DNA of 64,000 nucleotides from Podarcis bocagei (taxonomy: Eukaryota), in NCBI GenBank assembly GCA_964188305.1, contig OZ076894.1. One strand, given 5' to 3'. A program made the translations under genes and the position numbers. A model generated the notes under the pieces. It was not told the DNA's origin and searched no databases. It saw nothing but the letters and a program-made list of their open reading frames with translations. Numbering within the stretch: position 1 is the first letter of the stretch; each line of letters starts with the position of its first letter. Below, in pieces: positions 37,401 through 50,638 of this stretch.

Positions 37401-38941
37401 TGGGATAATTATTTTGTCTCCTTTTGGTTTGGAAAATTTAATGTCAGATGATCATTGTGTGAAATTGTCACAAACATGTTGCCAGTGTAACATTTTGGAA
37501 TTTGTTAGACAGTGCAAAACAAACACAGCACAGGTGAGATGGCAAACATTTATGTAGGAGGCAAAACGCGTAGCTGATTTCATGCTTCTTTTGATGACAG
37601 AGCAATCATTTTTACGCCGTAAAATATCCCTGCAACAAATGCTTCCTTCTGTTTGATCTTGTGCTGAACATGAGTAATGTTTTGTTTCATTGCAATGAAA
37701 ATGGTGTTAAATGTTGCCAAGGTTTTTCTGCTTTGCATTTTTGCCCGGGAAATGAAAATTGGGTCATGGGGGAAATGAACATGGTGGGGTGTTTCAACAA
37801 ACTATTTAATACAGAGTATATGCTAATAATATTTAAAAATAAAACTTGATAGATAGATTTCTAGTTCTCATGTTTCATTCCTTTTAATTGAATGTTTTAC
37901 ACTTGGAGCAGTGATTCATTACATTGTTTACAAGTGGTACAGCATTCTTGTCTTCAGAAATACACCGCTGCAAGTGGTCTGTGAATTACTTTGCATTTTG
38001 ATTTAACAATCTTATTAATATAGTTGTACACTGTTATGAAAAAATAAATATTTTTAAAAGCTATATAAAGTGAATAGCTTATGATTGTTTAGCGTTCTTT
38101 TTAGATTCCTAGAATATGCCTGTTGTGAATGAATGCCTTGTGTGGAGCTGTTTATAAATCACACAGTTTCTCTGTGAAAGTAATCTTTTGTGAGAAACAG
38201 CTGGAGAAACATGGGTCAGATGTTTACTGCAGTAGATATCTTGGTGCAAATGGTGGTGGTACTTCTGATTTGTATTGATCCTCTCTCTTCATTGTTGAAA
38301 ACATAACAGGGAATGCATATTTTAAATACCAAATCAGAATTTAACGCTACACAGGCTTAGTGTTTGTTTATCACAAACTGGATAAAGTGTGCTCAATTTG
38401 TAGAAATGTTAAATGCGAAATATCCTGTCGGATCACTGCTGGATCTCTTCCAGATTTTTTGATCCACTGTGACCAGCTTGTTTATAGAATCTAGAAAGCT
38501 GCTTGGCGACAGTTCCCTTGTACATCCTAAAATCCTAATTGGTAGCTTAGAATTCTGTGAATCCTAGACACAGCACAGATGTTTCAGTTTGTTTTTTAAT
38601 GAAGGTTACATAGTTGTAATGCATCAGTTGAAACAGATACAACATCTTCCCTCCAGATTGCAGTAACACTATTGGGAGCCCATCCCTTGTATCTGGTAAT
38701 TGTTGGTGAAATGTGATGCTTTCTCGCTGTCTAGTGCTGCCTCCCCCAAAGTGGTTCTGCCCAGATGTTTTGGACTGCAACTCCTGTCATCCTTGAACAT
38801 TGACCATGCTGACTGAAGCAGATTAGTTACCGTCCCAAACATATGGAGGGCAATAGATTGGTCTAGAGCCATTGTTATTATTGAAGCTTTTCTCCCTGTG
38901 AAGAGAATCCAGTGTGGATTATCTTGCATTTTAGAAAGTTA

Positions 38942-39157
38942 CAGCAGAACCTCGACTTAAGTTACCCTCGGGTAACGTAAATTTCGGGTTGCGAAAGCGG
39001 CAAACCCGGAAGTATTTTTCTGGGTTTCGCCACTTGGCATGTGAAGAAGCACTCCACGTGCCATGCGCATGCGCAGAACATGACCTCCGGTTGTGGAAAC
39101 CTTGGGATCTGACTGGAGCTCCAGAACGGATCCTGTCCGCAACCGGAGGTACCACTG
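38942..39157. mobile_element. Tc1/mariner-type MITE, family B
   Basis: TA-flanked CAGCAGAACCTCG...GGAGGTACCACTG; internal GCGCATGCGC. Confidence 0.8.
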
Positions 39158-40731
39158 TATTACAGCCATTGAGTGCCTTCTATCAGAAGTCGCTTAATCA
39201 GGAAAATGAGAATTTTTGTATGTTTTTCTCCCAAATGTAAGGTGATATCCCACAAAGTCATATTTAGTGCAGACCCATCGAAATAAATGACCTTAAGTCC
39301 ATATATTGCAATGGGTCTAGTTTGGCGTAACATTGAAGATCATGCACACTGACCATGTCTGTAGTAAAATGGAGTGGGATTTTAAAAAAAATGATAGCCT
39401 AAGTTTGTAAGTTTTTCATATGAACATTGCTCTGGGTCCTTTGCAGCACAACTATAAATTTTGGCTTGGCCTTTGCAGTTCAACATAATTACTGAAATTA
39501 TATGTTTAAGGAAGAAATACTTTGGGCATGCACATCTGTTTACTTGAAGCATTTGGCACTTTTATCGAAATAGTTTTGATGGTTTGTGTTTTCTTGCTGT
39601 GTACTACCTGTGAATTATGGATTCTTGGGTATTACATATATATATATATTCATTCTTTAAGCCATCCCTACAACAACATTTTGGAACAATTCGTTTCTAG
39701 ACATCTGTTTTTCAAATTCAACATCTGCTAAATGCAGTTAAACTGTTAAATCTTTTGAGATTCCAGTTTCCATATTTGGTCTAAAGAAGAGAACACTGAA
39801 AATTTCAACAAGCTTATTTGAAGGCCATCTTTTATAGTTATGTGAGGTGCAAGGTGGACCCTGTTCTCATTCTACATAGTATGGGGTCTGAATTTGTGTT
39901 AAAGGGACACTTCTGAAGTACTTGGGACAGCAGTGAGAATAAATATTTGCTTCTACTGTTACTGTTATAAAATCCAAGAAATATATGTTTGTTTCATGTT
40001 ATCTTATTACTAATGTGTTTTGAAATGGCTGAGTTATTTCTGTATGCCAGCTAAAAAGCTGGGGAAAGTCTCCTGATGAATGTTTGGATAATTATCTGCT
40101 TGCTTGCTTAAATAACACCCTTTGGAAGTAACAAACCAATTCTGTAGTCCTATAATAGCTATTGTTAAACTAAATACAGTGTGTGCTGTTTAGTCGTTTC
40201 CTAGCCGTTTTTGTTTTTAACAAATGTTTTGAAAGCAGCAGTATTATTTACCCCTAAATTATCATATATCGTAATGATTCATGATGAATGTATATTAATC
40301 TCCTACATTCCTGCCCATGTATCTGCATTATTTAATATAGCCTGGAGGTACTTTATCTGAACTAACTGCTTGCCATATGTGTTAAACCTTTCCAGTGACA
40401 ACTTTTGTTTGTTTGGGTATATATTGTGAGAGATTTGCATACAGGTATTCTAGGGAAGCGTGTTTCTATCTGGGACAAGTTCAAATCTTGATATGCAGTG
40501 AGCTCCATATTTTTTGACAGGGATGTCAAAAGGACACTCATACACCATTACACAGATTCTGATTGAACTAAGCAAAAAACGAAGTGCCTGAACTTCTGAC
40601 TTCATTTCTCTGAACTCTGTGGGTGCCCTTTGCTCTATTGGACAGTTTTATTGATGTCCAGTTGTAACATCCAGTCACAGTACAGTGAGGTGTTGAAAAT
40701 TACATATCCTCCATGTTTCTTTTTATGTAAG

Positions 40732-40837
40732 AGGAATTGAGCGACACTTTCGTAACAAACAGTAACTTGGGGTCTGTGTGCGTATCACAAATGTGTGAAA
40801 GCTCAGACTATGTGTTCCTTTTGTAGAATTCAACATG
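40732..40837 (+). other. WDFY3: probable WDFY3 5'UTR exon
   Basis: pyrimidine tract plus AG near 40731 (acceptor could be 2 nt later) and strong donor ATG|GTAAGA; unique sequence upstream of the ATG exon. Confidence 0.55.
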
Positions 40838-41886
40838 GTAAGAATCTTGGCTTCCATTCTAAAGTAAACAATCGTTTATCTTCCACTTAAGCTTGAAAGC
40901 ATGTGGCTAAATGTCTTGTAGTCCCAGAAGCCAGAGCAGGGCTTAATAGCTTTTCCAGTTCTTGTGAGAGTTTCAGTGTTCCACATAGCTTGGTGCCCTT
41001 TCACATGAATACTGGAGGCACAATAAATTGGCAACCTAAGTAAGCAGTGGTGCAGAATAGAACTCATTGGTGAAGAATTTTGTGACTGAACTTTTTGGGT
41101 TTACCCATATATATACATGGCATATGCCCCACAATGTATCTTATCCTTTGTTAACTTCAAACTAGGAATTAGGTCCTAGCAAATATTTTGTCCCGTCCAC
41201 CACCACCCCACTGGGATTCCCAGAGTAGAATGGATAGTTTTTTTCAGCTTGGCTTGTGATGATTAATCACTTGCAATAACCTAGTACTTGAAGACAGTTT
41301 CAAATGACTAGGTTGCTGTAAATAGAAACAGTATACATAACTGGGCTACTCAGTCTTTAATCGGTGGCTTCTGTCTAGTAACTTTAATCTGTGTGTGTTC
41401 GTGCACATTAAGTAAGCCTTCTTTCAGCCAACCAAGATAAATGGGTTAGGTAGGGATATGTGCTTGATAGACCTACAGTTATGTGAGCTCAAACTCAGTA
41501 AAGTTTGAGTCTGGAACGCTCAGTTTAGTGTATACAGAGCGCTTAACTCTTTCAGGACTAAAGTTTTGTAGTCTCATCCCCCTTCCAGCAACAGGATAGG
41601 CATTTCTAGTTCTGTGTTTTTTGGACATACATGCAATGATTGCTTTACGTGCATCCAATTGATGTGTGACCGTGCACATGTGCATTGTGGTGACCTGGAA
41701 GTGGCTGGAAAAGGGGGTGTAATGGGCTTATGCACACTCCATCATTGCACACCATGACCCAGAAAGCAAATTGGGGGTTGCATGTATACATGAAAAACGA
41801 CTCTAGCCAATTTTGAAGGGATAAGAGATGTGTGGGCTACTGATTTGGGACCAAGCTGCTGTTCCTCTCAGGAGGAGCAATATATA

Positions 41887-42245
41887 AAGGTAAAGGTACC
41901 CCTGCCCGTACGGGCCAGTCTTGCCAGACTCTAGGGTTGTGTGCCCATCTCACTCAAGAGGCCGGGGGCCAGCGCTGTCCAAAGACACTTCCGGGTCACG
42001 TGGCCAGCGTGACATCGCTGCTCTGGCGAACCAGAGCCGCACACGGAAACACCGTTTACCTTCCCGCTTGTAAGCGGTCCCTATTTATCTACTTGCACCC
42101 GGGGGTGCTTTCGAACTGCTAGGTTGGCAGGCGCTGGGACCGAACGACGGGAGCGCACCCCGCCGCAGGGATTCGAACCGCCGACCTTTCGATCGGCAAG
42201 CCCTAGGTGCTGAGGCTTTTACCCACAGCGCCACCTGCGTCCCTC
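41887..42245 (-). mobile_element. Sauria SINE, full length, CpG-rich (young)
   Basis: 13-bp TSD GGAGCAATATATA; AAGGTAAAGGT tail; head ACCCACAGCGCCACCTGCGTCCC. Confidence 0.9.
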
Positions 42246-43110
42246 GGAGCAATATATAGGCACTCATATATCTTTTATCTCTAGGCAAAAAGTAGCTTTG
42301 GGATGAGAGTTTTCCATTGGAGGAAATGGCACAAGGGGAAAGGATTAAACCACATCCCCTGGATTGGGCCTACTCACACAGGCTACTATTGTTGCTGAGT
42401 TGTTGTTTTTTTAAAAAAAAAAAGTTCAGAAAAACAGATGCAACCATCTGCAATATAAACATTGCATATCGCCATATTTCTTCTAGAATGGCCGCAAATA
42501 TGACTCTGGTTTGGGGCTGTGATCAGCTTACTTTCAGGTTCCTTTCCAGGTTTACAAGGATATGGTCTTGCTTTATTGCCACATATGCAGCTCCCACAAT
42601 GGCTGTGAAAGGAATACTTAGTCATAAGTGAGATAAGATTTGTCTCATTTTTTCTTGTTCTTTCTGGTATTAGGATTTTGTTTTTCCTCTCTTTGAGGGA
42701 TAGTGGCATATGGAGGAAGACCCAAGTTTCAGGTTTTGACTTAAAATCTCCTTTGGAGGAATTCGTGGTGTTTAAAAATCACTTGCTTTTAGAACATTGA
42801 AAGAAACTTGGGTTGTAAATTTATTTTGGGAAGTTCATGCAAAGGCAGCATTGCTGCTGAGGGCATCCCCATATATATTTGCATGCTCCACAATGGGATT
42901 AATATTGGTGGATCCACATTGCCCAAAGACATTTGGAGCTTAATGGTGTAAAAAGCCTTAAAAAGTGGAGATGTTACCTAATTATTGCATGTGCATTTTT
43001 TATATTGCTGTTTCTCTCAGTTGGAAGCCATACTTCAGAATTATGCTTTGTAATTTTTGGCCAGTTATTCATGGCCAGTGCCATATGTAGGAGGAAGTCA
43101 TAATGTATAT

Positions 43111-43277
43111 CAGGGCTGTCCAACAGGTCGATTGCGGGGTGTCCCTGGTCGATCCTGGTCGATCTTTGAACCCCCAGCAAAACGCCCCCCCCCCAATACA
43201 ACTCTGACATGGGTAGGTCACTGACAGTTTTTAATACTGTGAGTAGATCGCAGGCTCTTGGAAGTTGGACGCCCCTG
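43111..43277. mobile_element. hAT MITE
   Basis: TIRs CAGGGCTGTCCAAC / GTTGGACGCCCCTG; 8-bp TSD ATGTATAT. Confidence 0.85.
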
Positions 43278-43472
43278 ATGTATATGTAGCTGACTTCAAT
43301 ATATAATAATGATCCAGATTCTTCCCCTCTTCCCCCTCTTTATTTTTGACCACACATAAATTATCTATAGCTAAGTGTGTTGTTTTCTTGTTGAGTTTGC
43401 ATTTTTTTCAAATTCTGTTACTCTGTTTTCCCCCTGAACAGAATAAAAGGGGTCTTTCAGAAACCAGCAAAG

Positions 43473-43652
43473 ATGAATATGGTGAAAAGGATAATGGGTC
43501 GACCCCGGCAGGAGGAATGTAGCCCTCAGGATAATGCTCTTGGATTGATGCATCTGCGGCGACTCTTCACGGAATTGTGTCATCCACCTCGGCACATGAC
43601 CCAGAAAGAACAGGAAGAGAAGCTTTACATGATGCTCCCCGTTTTTAATAGG
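43473..43652 (+). CDS. WDFY3: WD repeat and FYVE domain-containing protein 3 (ALFY), coding exon 1 (exon probably starts at 43442)
   Basis: MNMVKRIMGRPRQEECSPQDNALGLMHLRRLFTELCHPPRHMTQKEQEEKLYMMLPVFNR is the WDFY3 N-terminus; donor AGG|GTAAGC. Confidence 0.96.
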
Positions 43653-45265
43653 GTAAGCCCATCTGAATTCAGATCTGCTTATTGGCTCTTATTATGTGGG
43701 TTCTAAACAAGCTGGTTGTTTTTTTTTAATGGAACATGGAGAGCATGGGGTAGGGAGAGGGGCAGGAGGGAATGGATTAAAAGTTAAGTAATGGAATGCC
43801 AGTTTTTGCCTTCTCTGCATCTAAATCAGTGTAATACCACAACGTGTACATTGCCTGCCTCTGCAGCCATAACAACTTAACTTCCTTACGCTTGGATCAA
43901 AATTCCCCGGTGGCCACCTCCAAGTTTGTTACGTCCAGGACAAATTATATGTGGAAGTGATCTAACAGCAATGTCATGATTTTTTAGTAGATTTGAGTTT
44001 TCCCATGAATACAGAGAATTTGAAAGTGGGTGTATGGGACAGATACTGGGCTGAGAATGACTGAAATTTAAGTCATCACTGTTTCTGAATTGGGGTTGAA
44101 CCTTTTGAACCTAAATCAAACCCTCGCATAATAGAGGTGGAGGGTACCTCAGAGGTCATTTAGTCCAACCCACTGCCCACCTGGAAACAAACTGCTTCGG
44201 CATCTATGATCATCCAGATTTTGCTTACAAATCCTAATCACAGATTGTCCGCACCACCTGGACCATTCTGTTCCACTTTAAATATGAAAGTCAGCTTAAA
44301 TACTATGACCATTTCCCCCCCAGAAGAGGATTTTGTATCGAATCTTGCTCACAAGTCTTAGCTCCTTTGTAATAGTCCTGAATACAGTTCTGAATTCGCC
44401 CCCCCCAAGAGTTTTCTACAAAAATATGTATTGATTATGGGTGTGTGTATGTTGCTTATCAGGTTTATGTGGTTCAAGGTTTCCTGTAATAACCACTGAA
44501 GAGTCCCTCCTGCAGCAGCCCCACAGTTGCTGGCATTGAATTTCATGCACTTATCTGCATGCAGTTCCTTGTCCCTAGGGCTGCCAGGTTAGTGCTTAAA
44601 TACAAGGCTTAGATGAAGCCGTTTATGTATTGTGATAAGATCAGGTCTTGTATTTAAGTAGTTGAGTGATAGCTTTATGGCAGAGGAGAATCGCAGTGCT
44701 CCATTTCCTTTCTGCATGTGCCATAGAAACTGAGTGGGCTGCCATAGTGCCATAGCAAGGTGGATCTCTCTGTCTCTCTTCTTACCAGCCCTTGGCAGAG
44801 TAGTAATTTTTGTTTCAGGCTAGTAACTTCCATGGATTTATTTAAAAGACCGTTGTAACAGGGTGGATTGAGTTTTGCTTTGCTTTTTAAATCAAGGGCA
44901 TTTTAGCTCCACAAGGAAAGAAGCTGATGTAAATCATAAATTTTAAATCGAGTTTCCAACTTCATAATTCATATATTTTATGAATGACCATGTATACCAT
45001 GTAATAATTAAAGTGTATCTGCTTGCAACTACTAGGGACATAACCCCAAATATTTGCTCATGCAGCCCATGAACCTTCTGCATACATCTTCTTAGGAGAG
45101 CAAATTTGAAATTAAGGATTACTGTTTGGTTTTCCTCTCTACATCTTTAAGGACACCAAATATGAGTTTGAAGATTAATCCACAGAACATTTTACAGGAA
45201 AGGACTGATTTACTGAGCAGCATGTTGTTGATATTAACTTTGGTTTCATTGTCAATTTATTCATA

Positions 45266-47047
45266 GAATAGAATAGAATAGAATAGATTCTTTATTGTCA
45301 TTACACAAGTGCAACATTGTACAAAGTGCAACGAAATTGGATGCCATCCCTTAAAACATCAAAAGCAAAACAACAACAACAACCAAACAAACCACATTCC
45401 AGCCACACCCACACCACACCCATCAAACTCCCAGGTCACACTATCGAGTTACAGCATTCAAAAAGGCCACAGCTCTTAGATAGAAACTGTTTTTCAGTCT
45501 ATTTGTCTTTGACTTGATGTTTCTATATCTCCTGCCAGAAGGCAGTAGTGCAAACAGACTGTGTCCCGGGTGAGATGAATCATGCAGGATGTTATTTGCT
45601 TTCCTAAGACAACGGGAACCGTACAGTTCTTCCAAAGATGGGAGAGGATGACCAATAATCCTTTGGGCTGTGGTTATGACCTTCTGGAGCACCTTCCTCT
45701 CCCTAGCTGTACAACCGGAGAACCAAGCACAAATACAGTATGTAAGAATGCTCTCTATGGAGCCTCGGTAGAAGCACACCAGCAGTCTCTCACTCAGATT
45801 GTTCTTCTTTAAAAGTCTGAGGAAATAAATTCTCTGCTGGGCCTTCTTCACCAGAGCGGTGGTATGTGCGCTCCAAGTCATGCCCTGATCGATAGCTACT
45901 CCCAAAAACCTGAATTCCGCCACCCTCTCCACCCGTTCCCCGTTGATATACAAGGGCTGAATGTCCGCCTTTTTTTTCCTGTAATCCACCACCAATTCCT
46001 TGGTCTTAGTCGTATTAAGAGCCAGATTGTTCTCTCCACACCAAACACAGAGCCGCTCCACCTCGTCCCGATAGGCGGACTCATCCCCTCCTGAAATGAG
46101 CCCCACCACCGTAGTGTCATCAGCAAACTTGATGATTTTGTTGCTGGAATAGATGGCTGTACAGTCATACGTATAGAGAGTGTAGAGCAGGGGACTCAAC
46201 ACACAACCCTGTGGTGAGCCGGTGTTAAGGCTAAGGGCTGTGGACATGTGTGACCCTACTTTAACCCTCTGAGAACGTTCTGACAAAAAATCCAAAACCC
46301 AGAGACAGGTGGAGTTGGAGAGTCCAATCGCCTCTAGCTTGGACACCAGTCTATGGGGGAGGATAGTGTTAAAAGCAGAGCTAAAATCCACAAACAGCAG
46401 CCTCACATAACTCCCCGGCTGCTCCAGATGGGACAGAGCAGCATGGAGAGTGGTATTGATGGCGTCTTCTGTGGATCTATTTGCTCTGTATGCAAACTGG
46501 TAGTTGTCAAAAGTTGATGGAAGACAGGAAATAATGTGACGGCGCACCAGTTTCTCAAAACACTTCATGATGATTGGAGTCAGTGCAACTGGTCTATAGT
46601 CATTCAAACTACTGATTGTGGATTTTTTAGGCAGAGGGACAATAGTTGACGACTTCAGGCAGGGTGGGACAATAGACTGGTGTAAGGACTTATTGAATAT
46701 CTTAGTAAAGACCCTCGCCAGCTGATCCGCACAGCCCTTCAACACCTTTCCAGTGATGCCATCAGGTCCAGCCGCCTTCCTCGGATTCGCCATCCTCAAA
46801 ACCTGTCTCACCTCATGTTCCTCTACCGTGAATGAGGGGCCCCTATGGGCTGGTGGCTGTAATACCGGCGTCTCAGGTGGCTCCTTCTCGAAGCGAGCAA
46901 AGAAGAGGTTAAGCTCCTCCGCCAGCAAGGGGTCACCGTCGACAGCACCAAGGTTAGGTTTGTAGTTGGTAATATGCTGAATCCCCTGCCACATCTGTCT
47001 TGTGTTGTTGCTCCTTAAATTATCCTCAATCCTCAGCCTATAATCCA
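45266..47047 (-). mobile_element. Rex1/Babar-clade LINE, 5'-truncated
   Basis: 7-bp TSD ATTCATA; (CTATT)n tail after GACAATAAAG; uninterrupted RT ORF. Confidence 0.88.
45441..47047 (-). CDS. Rex1/Babar reverse transcriptase (partial, ~535 aa open)
   Basis: KAAGPDG, NDYRPVALTPIIMKCFE, FVDFSSAFNTI, GSPQGCVLSPLLYTLYT, KFADD, KKAQQRIYFLR, LLPSGRRYR. Confidence 0.85.
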
Positions 47048-47478
47048 ATTCATAATCTTCATTAAAAAAAATCTGTTTGTGGTTTTACTGTGGGGAGACA
47101 AATCCTGAACTATGGCTAAGACGTAATGCTGAGCCAAACAATGGCGTAGCTCTGGGTCGTGTGGCAGTTGCAGGACTGGAGGAGGACTGAAGTGGTTCTG
47201 ATTTTTATCTTGCTCATTCACACATGGGTATTGTTTACCTTCATGCTACATGTGACCTGGGTCCTTGTCAAACTGCGTAATGCATGGAAAGGTCTCAGGA
47301 GGCTTGTCATCAAACAATCCATGTTGCATCTTTAGTAAAATTGTTGTGTTTCTGAACTCTTCTAAAACCGTTCCATTTATGTAATTGTAGATTATTTTTC
47401 TCTGACAGAGCCTTTTATACAGTTGGGTGCTCTATGGGGTGATTTTGGATTGAATAGCAATGAGCTAAAGCGGCAAGG

Positions 47479-47479
<1 letters not shown>

Positions 47480-47514
<35 letters not shown>
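47480..47514. repeat. (GT)n microsatellite
   Basis: direct read. Confidence 0.95.
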
Positions 47515-47516
<2 letters not shown>

Positions 47517-48899
47517 GTGTAAAATGTGGACATTGTACTGAAAAGGTCTCTGCCAGTAAACAATGCTTTGGTTCATAACGTGTTGTGTTTTCTTGTCACT
47601 GCTTTACTTGCACAATCCTGAATACTTAATGATGCATTTTAATGTTCCTGAAGAGTGGCATAATTGTGCGCATAGTATGAGGATGCCGAAATGATAGGCT
47701 TGCGGTTTTTTTTGTTTTTATTAAAAAATAAAAGCCTCAAAGTTTCTTAAGTGATTAGCTTCAAATATATGGCATGTGTTTACTCTCTTACTGTAAGAAC
47801 TGCAGCAAAGTGCTTTTGATTTAAAGATAGAGAAGATCAATATGATGAAATATGGAAAATAAGCATGCCCTTCGGCTGTAAATGAGTGAGGAGGAGGAAG
47901 ACTATTTCAAAGCCCAGACTTCCATTTTTGTTGGATCATGTTTCAGACAGATCTAGGTGGTTGCTTCTGTTATAACAAAGTTATTTTCCAAATTACTGTG
48001 GTGTATTTATTACATTTTGCTGTTCAGTATATTGGTTTTCTCTGAGTGGTGCATGATCAAAAGGCATAGACAGCCTTAGTGTAAGTGTAGGAACACTTGT
48101 ATTTGGTGGTTCCTGTAAAAATTTTTTTTTGTTCCTAGCTATATGGAATGTATTTTACACAACCACCAAGTATAACCAAGTCCAGCTGCAGGTTTTACTG
48201 GATAATATGTTTTATTTTATTTTTTCCAATAATGTTTATTAAGTGTCTTACACATATAACATATACTGTAAAACAAAGGAAACAAAAATAAAAAAGAACA
48301 AGAGAGTAATACAACAAATGACAACAAAGAAATATAAACAATACAAATTGATTAATTAAACTTCCAACCTCATAAACATATTGCTTGACTTCCTCTAATC
48401 CTTCCCATCTGAATTTCCTTGTAACTGGATGTAGCAGTTTTCCAATATCATTATTCAAAAAACAATATTCTAATTATAATCAAATTTATTAACTTTTCTT
48501 AACATCATAGATCTCATTTATTTAATGAAATCTTAATTTAATCCTAGGCCTAATTGGTACTTTCAAGTAATTTCTAATTTTTAATATTACAATATTTATT
48601 CAAATAGTCTTTAAATTTCTTCCAATCTTCTTGATATTCCTCTTCTTTCTGGTCACAGATTCTTCCAGTGAGGGATAATATGTTTTATTAGGCATTATGA
48701 CAGGACAGTGAATGATCCTTGAATGGGTCAAGGATGCAGGAACACAAGGGAGTGGGATAAGTGGCAGAACTGAGTCCCATTGAAGTTGACGGGGTTTACT
48801 TAGAAGCAAGTGGGTATAGGATTGCAGCCTTAATCTTCAGTATAACCACTAGGTCTTTGCACTCCCCACATATGCATAGGACCAAACTAAATAAGACAT

Positions 48900-49510
48900 A
48901 ATTCATTTTATTTATTAGAGTATTTATAACCTGCCAACTCATTAAAAATTATTGTGGTGGTATACAATAAACTAATTATAAAGTTAGAAGCTAATAATAA
49001 AATCATAAAGTATAGAACAAATGACCTACACTGAATCAACCAGATTCTCTAAAAATGCTTGGCAAGCTAAACTTTTCAGCAGGTCATGAAATATCAGAAT
49101 TGTAGGTGTCTGATTTCAATAGGGGCAGTGTTCCAAAGCACTGGTGCCGCTAAGCTAAAAATGCTTTAGTTTGCACAGAAATTAAACACGTAGTAGCGAA
49201 GAGATAGTCAGGCCCTCCCCAGATGATCTCAGTATGCTGGTCAGTGTATAAGGGACAGGGTGGTCCTTCAGGTATGCCGTTTTGGATTTCATACACTAAC
49301 AGCAATAGTGTTTACCTTGAACTTAGCAGATTTATATGGCAAGGAACTGTACAGTGGTGGCATTGCATATGTGCTGTATGGCACCCATGAATGCATGGTA
49401 TCTAACCATGATACTAACACCAGCAAAATTACCTTTTCTCAGATGCTTAAAGATCTGGGAAAGTGGAGCAGTAGTATTGCTGAACTGTAGACCCGGGGTA
49501 CAAGATACAC
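48900..49510 (-). mobile_element. degraded L2-like LINE 3' fragment
   Basis: TTTATT tail, GTTCCAAAGCACTGGTGC, CACCTTGAA-like motifs; similar + strand fragment at ~60600-61075. Confidence 0.45.
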
Positions 49511-50190
49511 TCATTAGGTGTTCATATTGTGTTTTCTAAACTTACCTTTACTTGTTTATTGTACTGTTTTCAAAACTATTTTTAGCTATAATAATAATAA
49601 TAATTAATAATCATCATCATCATCATCATCATCTATATGCCGTCCATCTGACTGGGTTGCCTCAGCCACTCTGGGCGGCTTCCAACAAATTAAAACACAG
49701 TATGACATAAAACATTAAAAACTTCCCCATATAAACATTCCTATGGTGTGTTTGCAAATCACTTTGGGATGTGTGTCAAAGGCAATTCATGAATTAATAA
49801 ATAATCAAGTAATAATAATTGTGTGAAATGTAAGCATGTGAAGCTTAGTGTTGCCTTTATCTAGAAATTTTGGAAGCCAAGCAGATAATACACACAGAGA
49901 GAGGGGCAGCTAATGGCTCCTACTTCTGTATATGTTCGCTTGCTGTTTCCTCTAGCTTTTTCTGCCTTTCTCCAGGGAAGCTTTTAGAATTATCGCCAGG
50001 CAGAGCTTGACTAGACGTGGCTACTTTCTAAACTTATGAGTAAATCATGACATCGCATCTTACACAGGAGTAAACTCATAAATCACGACTTACGCAGGGG
50101 TTCGGTTCCAAGGGCTCTGTGTATACTTGGACTGCCACCACGTGGGCATCCTTACCGTTCCAGAACCGGCATCCTGAGTAGACCTTAAAC

Positions 50191-50638
50191 CAGGGGTCAG
50201 CAACTTTTTTCAGCCGTGGGCCGGTCCACTGTCCCTCAGACCATGTGGTGGGCTGGGCAGTTTTTTTGGGGGGGAGGGGGAATGAATGAATTTCTATGCC
50301 CCACAAATAACCCAGAGATGCATTTTAAATAAAAGCACACATTCTACTCATGTAAAAACACCAGGTAGGCCCCACAAATAACCCAGAGATGCATTTTAAA
50401 TAAAAGGACTTTTGTAAAAACAGGCTGATTCCCGGACCATCTTGGGGCCGGATTGAGAAGGCAATTGGGCCGCATCTGGCCCACGGGTTGCCTACCCTTC
50501 CTTGTTGTTGTTTAGTCGTTTAGTCGTGTCCGACTCTTCGTGACCCCATGGACCAGAGCACGCCAGGCACTTCTGTCTTCTACTGCCTCCCGCAGTTTGG
50601 TCAAACTCATGCTGGTAGCTTCGAGAACACTACCCTTG
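50191..50638. mobile_element. hAT (Charlie-like) MITE interrupted by BovB
   Basis: 8-bp TSD CCTTAAAC; TIR CAGGGGTCAGCAAC / GTTGCCTACCCTTG; internal repeat of GCCCCACAAATAACCCAGAGATGCATTTTAAATAAAAG. Confidence 0.85.
50500..50629 (-). mobile_element. BovB (RTE) LINE 3' end, heavily truncated
   Basis: TTGTTGTTGTTTAGTCGTTTAGTCGTGTCCGACTCTTCGTGACCCCATGGAC; 8-bp TSD CTACCCTT. Confidence 0.88.

Noticed and set aside
48215-48680. AT-rich stretch, possibly an L1/Tx1 3' remnant (similar at ~16840-17060)
   Set aside because: Too degraded to assign from sequence alone
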